Source: Candidatus Omnitrophota bacterium
GTDB taxonomy: Bacteria; Omnitrophota; Omnitrophia; Omnitrophales; Aquincolibacteriaceae
Reading direction: 5' to 3'
DNA: 28,724 nucleotides
NCBI GenBank assembly: GCA_043803685.1
Contig: JAZDJU010000047.1
Span: 1-28,724 of the forward strand
Every line of letters starts with the position of its first letter. The stretch's first letter is position 1. The notes below the pieces were generated by a model. The model saw only the letters and a list, made by a program, of their open reading frames with translations, did no database searches and had not been told where the DNA came from. Below are positions 25,201 to 28,724 of this stretch, in pieces. The position numbers and the translations under genes were made by a program.

Positions 25201-26721
25201 TTTTATAGCGTTCGCGTGGAATCCGCCGTACACAAGAATCGCCGTTTCCGCGCCACGGTCCACGCTCCACGCACCACGCTTATCCTTTTTCGTGGCTCCT
25301 GGCTCGTGGATCGTGTCCCCCCATAAGTAGTGATCCAGGGCTTTCGCAAGCGAGCGATCCCTCGATCGCGCTATGTCATAAAAGCGGACCGCGTCCTGAA
25401 TGTGTTGTTCCCAGGACTTGGAAAGCACGAGAGACTTATGGGTCTGAGAGACAATGAAATCCGCCATACCTTGGGTGTGAAAGAAACTGGATGGCGGAGG
25501 GCGGATGGAGGAGGGCGCCAAACCAGCGTTTACGCTATCCGCCATCCGCCATCCGATACCCTCGGCGCGAAGCGCCGCATACTCATCCTGCGTCACTTCG
25601 ATCCTGTTGAGCCGCTTCAGAAGTTCGAGGCCCTGATAATAGGCAAAGATCCGCTGATCTCGTTCATTTGTCAGAAAAGCGCCGGAAACATCCTTCTCCA
25701 GCCGCATCATTTCCTCAAAAACAACTTTGGAGTCGAGCGCATTCAATTGCTTGATCAGCTTCTTGTCTTTTGATTTCTCAGCCGTCAGAAGAAGCGAAGT
25801 GGCAGGATATTCCTCTGAAAACATTTTCCCCTCACCCTCCCCTCTCCCCCTTGCTGGGGGAGAGGATAAAGGAGAGGGGGTGAGATCAAACGATTCAAAA
25901 TAGATCTTCTGGAGATCCCTTAGATAATCCAGTAGCGGCAGTTTCCGTTCCCCGAAACGTTCCTTCGCCTTGAGCAAGGTCTTGAGCTCCCGGGGGAAAT
26001 ACTGGTTGGCAAGGATGGTGATCTGACTGAAAAGCTCACGGAGGTCTTCTTCCGTACCCTGGCGGTTCACGGAAGCCCTCTGGTAAGCTCCGATATTTTC
26101 AGAATACAGCTTGAGATCGTCGACGCCGATGAGTTGCCAGTTCGTTCCACGATCCACGTCTCCCGTGCCACGCACAAGCTTTTCCGTGGCTCGTGGCTCT
26201 TGGCTCGTGGCTCGATTGATATGCGCATACTCCGCGCCGCCGATGCGGAGTTTATCGAGTAGAAAATAGGAAACCTTCTGTTTGACGGCCGGGTCTTTGA
26301 TAAACCCAAAGAACTTGTCCGTGGGAACGGGGCCTTCATAGCCTTCCTCAAAGACCGTCTTCACCCCCTTCTCTTTTACAAGGTGATCAATGATCTTCGC
26401 GATATTCTCCTGCGCTTCGAGAGAGTCGTGGGCGTCTTGAATGAAGACAACCGTTTTGGGTGCCACGGGCCAGGAGCCACGGGCCAAGTTACGTGGATCG
26501 TGGGTCGTGGCGCGTGGCTCGAGGTAAACTTCTTCTATCTTCCCAAGCTCTGAAGGGATCGTGAATCCAGCGTTGGCGACTTGAACCACAGGATCAGAAG
26601 TTTTGGCGAGAGTCACCGGAGCGGGAATAAAGGCCTGGGTCGAAATGAAGGCGACGAGCGTAAGGAGGGCGACGCTCTTCACGGGAGACGATTTTCTAAG
26701 GGTATTCCCGGATCCGTTCAT
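13291..26721 (-). CDS. giant (4476 aa) multi-enzyme protein with signal peptide and R[SA]ExR-delimited modules
   Basis: Uninterrupted 13.4-kb ORF with an AAGGAAAGGA RBS-like tract, a basic-then-hydrophobic N-terminus and at least 10 recognisable enzyme domains (see sub-features). Confidence 0.92.
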   Translation of the reverse strand: MNGSGNTLRKSSPVKSVALLTLVAFISTQAFIPAPVTLAKTSDPVVQVANAGFTIPSELGKIEEVYLEPRATTHDPRNLARGSWPVAPKTVVFIQDAHDSLEAQENIAKIIDHLVKEKGVKTVFEEGYEGPVPTDKFFGFIKDPAVKQKVSYFLLDKLRIGGAEYAHINRATSQEPRATEKLVRGTGDVDRGTNWQLIGVDDLKLYSENIGAYQRASVNRQGTEEDLRELFSQITILANQYFPRELKTLLKAKERFGERKLPLLDYLRDLQKIYFESFDLTPSPLSSPPARGRGEGEGKMFSEEYPATSLLLTAEKSKDKKLIKQLNALDSKVVFEEMMRLEKDVSGAFLTNERDQRIFAYYQGLELLKRLNRIEVTQDEYAALRAEGIGWRMADSVNAGLAPSSIRPPPSSFFHTQGMADFIVSQTHKSLVLSKSWEQHIQDAVRFYDIARSRDRSLAKALDHYLWGDTIHEPGATKKDKRGAWSVDRGAETAILVYGGFHANAIKEILKEQGVSYVVISPRITSISKKHQDYYKQLMSVGHHSFETPFLVARANKPPGIFHAAVASGEASAVRSELRALTSSVEALGDHAEPSLIERHLGSIDQRQSVRSEMRQMTAHLAVSNNMLQHGYDNQYLPRIYELGQKLVAYVNARQIYDAKREMYHVLKDDRDLLGEGPFDAMMVFGSGYLDVPKEAARVALELRKQNPDMKVIVVGNYGKDQQMAGNYEVDGKRVSEAEYFAKAMGDLGVRPDFMGKSSTNTTTNVLESREVVDTLRLSPKRVIIASILHRRAGPTFTLHYPLGNESLASLGIEKVGIWSPEINLNEWDPAEAIAAIKDAAEEVRKIQQYSLQTKPRGITPTTMPSEILDISSEVRLLLNMDHSIKDMAVIRQLEKLMKTSKNEAIREAAGRKIVEEVLGDEYEALRLEAFAAILPGIIARTEFPRPSEREVDLHTHSYRSDAYDTPTAYILHAFEEGLRGVALTDHNYLPGEETSRAAKILNEKIEKINSKTGMKVPSFTLIPGIEVTTFFGGPEVHLLLYMPSFFETREGAERPVLERFTQKLKEARAVNGPRAERIMYWINEHHPEFSLTLEELNAIYRYEKYNSGVGDAIWEKYKDDPAGKVALERYNIKSGKDVWYNFIVPYVPVHSLTEEERRLYPQLNETLEFARAMGAKIAVAHPNEIIEQEEGVFESLMQELSKAAREGRLSAENLLGVELVSHKLARSRHKDFVLQQIKNLNTEDPYYSAHPLLSVSGSDSHGLMSWPSNPLGRFVKNSVADASALPGFSHLLDIILQPISSTRSEMRGSEARDSDASGLTMKELLDARYLDLELMPGLPFYLAGIPNQFDIGEVLKVQKIVKRMRGRPLIGFFVQTDQGEFFIKKLRQSDSSPMRQADASFFEKYIMLLQQADIPVPLIPKQATQHYLFPVQDPEARGIVFYTVEKRVLGRPIFRNEASLENLRAASSMLARIHDASKNWKPWTFWFHQYDLRKVVLSSQGLYSRKEFIEKARRILAPEDYAMLHVVMTQSVPRLLKTMKKLKKIPIPSDFNLTNMIFNPTGQEVIGVFDLVQARMAYRFEDFLPLMMFGARKLNWVVSNLKQETLEAVQVYQKTASEPLSSDEIDVIPDFFFFQTAYPVLRWLENARENQLQQPIYLKALDALREMGRGSFGIFLRDEIIPLSSAVSNFRSEMRNIELTGSEGDTIGSDQFESYFERSWRENAFVQAQKEKIPERVTKGKFDLALDPASQGKPNAQGLKPNRPVDLNRFYFRKIQKFLDERGILARLETLTRKYFMVAPQELTVPFHTLMIADDETVRPNILTTEDLEVSLALSEKNPGMKFLQNTEWYTAEQLHIHVTTENLPFEKLLPRAGLIGKDEGVSLLQASEWPLSHVVFQDDDLQKLAGSAMKLIRNLQTDQIPHWTVVLKGKVVVFMGKPNTPIGEVGAILGENHTVHVLEAAGIVTVMPEKKDLTEAQIDQAFRAASLDPVEVEQLLLKAGFSKRSEARSGADDYVEKQRAFYETTRNNREKLWAQGRIPQPRHNYRVLNISLDAGYGEVSGALSDFPPELVDALDGVAREIKMKFPQFKVTGRGQFHATLFDVAQSALSDDQSDPKQLSLELRDLLKKITRIRGAFKPFRVHLKGIDNGPAGSIVVNGFVEGNSLGDLRTQWSGLIPDRERWANEMSFHITVARLERPMGKDVLDKFLDWIRERRDMDFPSFEVHKPVFVATADNDGTQVNPDVQRELSIYNSRSETRREVQPKELPTVGLAQFLASDFKGPVIIGGTGMIGAHLIEKLAREGRQVAVPIRAGISAEHAKNLLGVVAALGKDGLAERVVFVDTGDSLDPMRMDERGASYELLKQLLGKSTVVYHLAAQTHVRPNKARGETYESFAVRTYVLNVFYTKLIARVAKELKLPMVYSSSQEVFSLNQLFQKPMATPVTEKMPIPFHPVTKAFMAEIQRAFDDYVAQYVAGAAQMSPLEFTKDLLNKPLVQRLDEGDKWESLIEAVNLLDEQYYPAKAEEGNKPATQQPKVTQALKAIGERFPLDLLFGNYAISKLLAEKDVLELAQAWAFRFVNVYGEGMHPNVISFYLNHLEKNRERVGRGESPRGIHFTDHARDFMAATELAGVLSGVLGVLEGEEKRHSEVVHVGTGHVYTMLEVLKNVAAFVGVDLPDLEDHGDQPLKMMTPSDYDVLQKHLPGTQPEMTLEEGLRAAVERNRSEVRQAGATEIGAMLKSPMILMERNLTQSWLWLVRNKKILTTTKDPGTGQDIEYGVRISKDRESVEQFATDLAMGEDLQDVVLEKRVGPFIANFIWNRSLRPGPFVLQSLEERRQRFKAPHDPNTCSFDAGVLALKNRPEVARITAQDHRIWQVYQNVSPIDERGGYLLIPDLSKPGNLREQRLTKEDISDLTEMSFNSSGLTIYFEGAMSGASQNHIHAKVYPGTVELGEGFVAVRDAEGRVLAEQFSREFPGLRLDADAKDSEAFVTRWSAPTVKVLSQALSAVLPELDKAGLPFSVAWSGKSAWLVVREPGMDVLPELPGETWGSYQLINRIFSMEFLKNYDALTEAGIRNAMNRTIRSRPETIGFFAKTLEARRSDPPLQSEGRIRPDAKNRAEMRDVWGKATKGNAEAWVIRDSRTGAEKGLAYQTPLLPKGNKNSDAAWRDFNEMVFEFPKLLEHAAQKKLPVVLVIPEKLDGFGPLAEEAPWIEGARTALAWASAYFRFKELGNVDVRVLQLPAVNVPQAPIAMAVKKLLSKDVRVEGGTPESQMEARMFRLADALTIIPSRKPELSLESRAIALIAGTEQSDAAREMIRPDLPPIPAGKKRIVVTGAAGFIGINLVKRLLAEGHQVIALDDLITANKDFSSFFQKEPDLYFKKWDVSKPFDIEGPVDQVIHLASLASPPDYYVRPLETLRSGLLATREMVELALSKNARFLFTSTSEVYGDAKVHPQAETYEGNVSSFLKRSQYDQSKRGAETLIKLYAAKYAEKGPDFRIARPFNTYGPFMRLDDGRAVTNFIGKVLTGQPIEIYGNRSITRSFGYVDDTVDGLLKLLRTDKLTSATPIQDRVFNIGNDGEFTLGELADLVNELGKKHLNRTVPVHVVGAIDPSDPVKRQPDLTRARTILDYAPSVPLREGLEKTFLYFLNARSEARLVPAVFDLAQRVPTKFWDRPIAIDLISDNTGTLTLHLGRPLSDAIHDKLMDLLSYNANRVIIGTGVDARSVVESNDANRLIVNTGDDAHSVVRSQQSLIGHLVQTGVTHRWFITSAGGTIVSALHKNGELHSSPLVAAWPVPMKGRLATSMAHAFYDQLKALLKAGKIPDVPLTESQIEVSRADAMKAIQRKLRHWKKIPDGESKNVVVYLLPQLFGRNAFIYDSGAKMAIDTVMASRTYPWLGHDFFYEAAQSVKKDMAGTKERLEFIPGLDFLDVSALTKLDGVEAIRHRYPAKREKDLLLTVAIGDGLNDLPVLNHDFAAPDKPEVDLSVALSHHKAFSLRVADHVLISNGEKMDGAAEVLAWLNKIQGKTVRQLIAEQQAQLHLQAWQRSDDTPKRSDLPTKQDGSVPGKARAEIRDIAKVGMHPYQEFVEGIRQGKVTFAMIKRDGLLIKDKIIEKFREAGFEVYVANPVRLDERTVREFYKIHQERSNFEGLVQYMTSGEVIPILLVRSSNDAAQLFNEKKKTIRKELQDTYQLPTTQDFGGHTIQLSVFHASDPSDEPLRQPHDGKKQVQFESELIASHLEFSGPVADSTAFRSELRNLVSSGTGAESSERQIVVPNSELNTPGSSKVLGEGADAIVRAIRKNVQPAMWFVDADDLGSLSPAQKRECFYVAFSNKAVRTIVYNEHGQVRDKQWVEFLKSDRVTRTDQDLSRALAVFGKTNMPTIHLSKEVQPTSAVVRSLGKRVMFFKQHGEKGGTLAVALLWAISGAEKARLAGVSLEKDGFWTVAETLLTGIQKAYESSLVFAIAA
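13942..14478 (-). other. giant-protein module: nucleoside diphosphate kinase domain
   Basis: TFAMIKRDG, FYKIHQERSNFEGLVQYMTSG, catalytic-His motif FHASD. Confidence 0.85.
14542..15738 (-). other. giant-protein module: HAD-superfamily hydrolase domain
   Basis: Motif I SDNTGTLT, motif III KLDGV, motif IV AIGDGLND. Confidence 0.7.
15754..17346 (-). other. giant-protein module: unassigned ~190 aa plus UDP-glucuronate decarboxylase-like SDR
   Basis: VVTGAAGFIG, HLASLASPPDY, FTSTSEVYGD, YDQSKRGAET, FNTYGPFMRLDDGRAVTNFI, DPVKRQPD. Confidence 0.85.
17416..18534 (-). other. giant-protein module: HIT-like, GDP-hexose phosphorylase (GDPGP1/DUF4922)-like domain
   Basis: NVSPI...YLLIP...QRLT...GASQNHIHAK pattern. 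Confidence 0.55.
18550..19941 (-). other. giant-protein module: NAD-dependent epimerase/dehydratase (extended SDR)
   Basis: IIGGTGMIG, VYHLAA, YSSSQEVF, YAISK, FRFVNVYG, RDFM, TLEEGL. Confidence 0.8.
19957..20691 (-). other. giant-protein module: 2H phosphoesterase (2'-5' RNA ligase-like) domain
   Basis: Two HxT motifs, FHATL and FHITVAR, with typical spacing. Confidence 0.75.
20707..21633 (-). other. giant-protein module: second HIT-like phosphorylase domain (tentative)
   Basis: PFHTLMI...QLHIHV...LPFE and LEAAGIV pattern, similar to GDPGP1/DUF4922-type domains. Confidence 0.45.
21649..22797 (-). other. giant-protein module: APH / type II homoserine kinase-like phosphotransferase
   Basis: VQTDQGEFFIKK, IPVPLIP, MLARIH, PSDFNLTNMIF, VIGVFDL. 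Confidence 0.75.
22813..24876 (-). other. giant-protein module: DUF218 (YdcF/ElyC-like) domain followed by PHP phosphoesterase domain
   Basis: DAMMVFGS, VIVVGNYG, SEAEYF, SSTNTTTNV; then VDLHTHS, VALTDHN, PGIEVT, EVHLL, AVAHP, GSDSHG. Confidence 0.8.
25253..25315. repeat. in-frame inverted heptamer repeat (CCACGnn / CGTGGCT family)
   Basis: ccacggt ccacgct ccacgca ccacgct ... cgtggct cctggct cgtggat cgtg; shares 19 identical nt with the nadE copy. Confidence 0.85.
25489..25554. repeat. in-frame inverted heptamer repeat (GGATGGC / GCCATCC family)
   Basis: ggatggc ggagggc ggatgga ggagggc ... gctatcc gccatcc gccatcc. Confidence 0.8.
25831..25884. repeat. in-frame REP-like nested hairpin
   Basis: ctcaccc..cctctccccc-ttgct-gggggagagg..gggtgag; encodes LTPSPLSSPPARGRGEGE. 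Confidence 0.75.
26146..26214. repeat. in-frame inverted heptamer repeat (CCACGnn / CGTGGCT family)
   Basis: tccacga tccacgt ctcccgt gccacgc ... cgtggct cgtggct cttggct cgtggct. Confidence 0.8.
26462..26521. repeat. in-frame inverted heptamer repeat (CCACGnn / CGTGGCT family)
   Basis: gccacgg gccagga gccacgg gcca ... cgtggat cgtgggt cgtggcg cgtggct. Confidence 0.85.
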
Positions 26722-26756
26722 TATCCCAAGTCCTTTCCTTAATTGACGTTAAGTAA

Positions 26757-26784
26757 AGGATAACACCTGTATTTAAAAACGCAA
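26757..26784 (-). promoter_or_regulatory. possible promoter of the giant gene (TTGCGT-16nt-TATCCT, TGn-extended)
   Basis: acgcaa at 26779-26784, aggata at 26757-26762. Confidence 0.35.
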
Positions 26785-26863
26785 AATTGGGCGAGGCTTC
26801 AAAGGCTCTGCAAGGAATGAACGCTATGAATTGCTTCTTTCTGATAGTTTTAATCCCGTACTA

Positions 26864-26906
26864 AAAAAAGGGGACAGGCATTCAGTAACTGCCTGTCCCC
26901 TTTTTT
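26864..26906. terminator. 17-bp perfect inverted repeat with A/T tails; bidirectional terminator-like or REP-like
   Basis: aaaaaaggggacaggca-9nt-tgcctgtcccctttttt. Confidence 0.75.
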
Positions 26907-26933
26907 GTACGATTTGGAGCGATTCGCCTTACG

Positions 26934-27053
26934 CCGATTTCACTTGCCCCCGCGGGCAAGTACTGCCCAAACTTTATTTTATTTTCCATGATGGTAGTTT
27001 GGACTGCACTGATTTCTTTGATTTATTACTTATCAATGAAAAATCAAGTGCTG
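26934..27053. repeat. two-hairpin intergenic element, copy 2, with an extra hairpin (acttgccc-ccgc-gggcaagt)
   Basis: Homologous to 9383-9476; identical core at 26989-27014. Confidence 0.8.
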
Positions 27054-27077
27054 CGTCGTGTGGATCAAGGAGATCCA

Positions 27078-28724
27078 CTACGCCGATTTACCGATCGCTT
27101 CAGCGGCGCGGATCTCGGCGCTCAGGACTTCGGCCACTGTAAGAGTTGACGCAAAACCGACGGGTCTGTTAAATCCGAGGAAGGCCAGGATCCCGCTCAA
27201 CTTTGCGACCTCGCCGTAAGCCCTGATCTCGTCTGCGCTGATCTGGGCATCCCCACGCATCATGACCTGGACCACGCTCTTACTGACCTCGCCCGGCTGA
27301 AGCTTCAGATCAAATGCCTTCAATTGTTCGCTCGCGATCGTGGCAAGGTTAGCGCTTGAGGCAAGCTCAAATCCATCAAATCCGGTGATACGGGCTTCCA
27401 CGTCCGTCCGGTTCTCATCCTTGGCAACAACCACGATCAAAGCCTTCGGATTCTCGCGCCGTAATTGCATGAGGCCATCAAGACCCAAACGCTCGTACGA
27501 CACCACCAAACGGGTCTGGTCCTTGTAGGATTCCAAACCGAGTTCCTGCATCATTTTCGCGATCTTCGCCATCATGCGCACTTCTGCTCGTGAAGCTGCT
27601 TCATTCAACGGAACTTGTCGCTCTAATTGACCCGCCTGCAGAGATTCTGCCGCCGCAATCAATGGAACCGGCGCCTTAGGAGTAGCGAGGGTCTTCACGA
27701 CTTTCGGCTCGGACGCTTTCGCCATAGCCGCCTGAATAGCCGCCGCCTGCGCAGCTTCGACTTCAGCATTCACCAAAGATTCATCCGCTGTTCGCAATTC
27801 CGAGCGCTGCATTTCAACATTGGCAGCCTTCAGCGCATTAGCCACCCCACGCGAAAGGCTATCGATCGACGCGGAGCTCTGAAGGATCTCTGGCGAAAGC
27901 GTGGTCGCAAAGATCTTATTGGTAAGATCGGACTCAACGACTTTCAGCAATTCTCTCAAGCTCAAACCGCCTGCTAAAACATGAGAATCAGCCCAAGTAC
28001 GACCATCCCCCATCTTCTGCCAGATCCGCGTACCGGAAGCGACATTCCCGATCACGGCTTTGATGACACCATTCACTTTGATCAGATACTGAAGAGCAAA
28101 ATGGCCCGCGGGAACATACAGCTCTTTACCCGGAAGCAGAGAGCTGAATACCGCGGCATTTTCGGGAACATGCAATTTACCGATAGAATCGCGCACATAT
28201 CCGAAGACTTCGCTGCCTCTCTCAAGGACCGTATCCCCCACAACGATCGCACGGGGACCGAGCGTCACATTCTTGGCGATCCTCACGTTCGGCCCCACGA
28301 TCCTCCCTGGGAACCGTTGCCACATCTCGGGAGTCACCTGCGAACGATACCACTCATCGATCCCCAAGATCCCAACACCCAGGAGGCGACGCGAGGCTTC
28401 ACTGTCGAAAAGCGACTGGGCGATCTGCCACGTCTGCTCAGCATCGTTGGCGTGCAGATAAAGCGAGTGTGAGCCCAGATTCACAAAGCTGAATCCAAAA
28501 ACCTCTTCGGCTTCCTTGGCCATGGCCTTCATGGCGTTAAAGAACTCGACGTCATCCCCGATATTCTGATATCCCAAGCTGGAATAGCGTTTCTTATAGA
28601 TCTCGGGATATTCTTCTCCGAATGTACCCGCCTCGAACAAGGACTCAACCCAGTTGATCGGCGGATGGGTCGGGAAACGCTGTTTCAGTTCTTCAAGTTT
28701 CTTGTTCACCCAGAAATAGGCTGG
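27078..28724 (-). CDS. C-terminal part of another R[SA]ExR-containing, probably large modular protein; 5' end lies outside the window
   Basis: The frame stays open beyond the GTG at 28709 to the window edge (PAYFWVNKK...); hexapeptide-like stretch GPNVRIAKNVTLGPRAIVVGDTVL; RSELR at 27792-27806 and RAEVR at 27576-27590. Confidence 0.8.
   Translation of the reverse strand, partial: PAYFWVNKKLEELKQRFPTHPPINWVESLFEAGTFGEEYPEIYKKRYSSLGYQNIGDDVEFFNAMKAMAKEAEEVFGFSFVNLGSHSLYLHANDAEQTWQIAQSLFDSEASRRLLGVGILGIDEWYRSQVTPEMWQRFPGRIVGPNVRIAKNVTLGPRAIVVGDTVLERGSEVFGYVRDSIGKLHVPENAAVFSSLLPGKELYVPAGHFALQYLIKVNGVIKAVIGNVASGTRIWQKMGDGRTWADSHVLAGGLSLRELLKVVESDLTNKIFATTLSPEILQSSASIDSLSRGVANALKAANVEMQRSELRTADESLVNAEVEAAQAAAIQAAMAKASEPKVVKTLATPKAPVPLIAAAESLQAGQLERQVPLNEAASRAEVRMMAKIAKMMQELGLESYKDQTRLVVSYERLGLDGLMQLRRENPKALIVVVAKDENRTDVEARITGFDGFELASSANLATIASEQLKAFDLKLQPGEVSKSVVQVMMRGDAQISADEIRAYGEVAKLSGILAFLGFNRPVGFASTLTVAEVLSAEIRAAEAIGKSA

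Larger units (their letters stand above)
25000..26600 (-). other. giant-protein N-terminal domain, TraB/Tiki/ChaN/EreA-like fold (tentative), interrupted by repeat-derived segments
   Basis: VVFIQDAH...AQENI...VFEEG, LIGVDD, RDRSLA, AILVYGGFH...IKEILKEQG. Confidence 0.5.

Noticed and set aside
13291..26721. Giant ORF as an NRPS/PKS, adhesin, RTX/MARTX toxin or intein-containing protein
   Set aside because: No condensation, adenylation or KS motifs, no RTX or MARTX repeats, no tandem adhesin domains and no intein splice motifs at the junctions
13291..26721. Giant ORF as an assembly chimera or stop-codon-reassignment artefact
   Set aside because: It is open in the standard code, neighbouring genes use TAA, TAG and TGA normally, and the junctions carry a consistent peptide motif. 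Read mapping would still be the definitive check.

Overview
Bacterial genomic window in which every credible gene lies on the minus strand. The left 13 kb is mostly housekeeping: a LysM/amidase lipoprotein, a tal-pgi fusion, hflX, miaA, a four-helix-bundle gene, argS, rsfS, ogt and glutamine-dependent nadE, followed by an orphan Phd-like antitoxin and an AbiEi/AbiEii pair. The right 15 kb holds a complete 4476-aa giant ORF and the 3' end of a second, probably related ORF. The giant protein has a signal peptide and a TraB/Tiki/ChaN-like N-terminal domain. Behind these is a string of unrelated, apparently intact enzyme domains: DUF218, PHP, APH-type kinase, two HIT-like phosphorylases, 2H phosphoesterase, two SDR epimerases, a HAD hydrolase and NDK. 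Nearly every junction carries the pentapeptide R-[SA]-E-x-R (11 copies, plus 2 in the neighbouring ORF). Some junctions also show DNA-level conservation: an identical 15-bp direct repeat around an AT-rich module, and a palindromic linker read in two different frames. This suggests a modular polyprotein or cassette system. The window is also rich in inverted 7/8-mer tandem-repeat elements, several of them in frame inside genes, and carries a duplicated two-hairpin intergenic element. The architecture is reminiscent of Omnitrophota giant proteins, which is an inference. All domain calls were made by eye from motifs; no searches were run.
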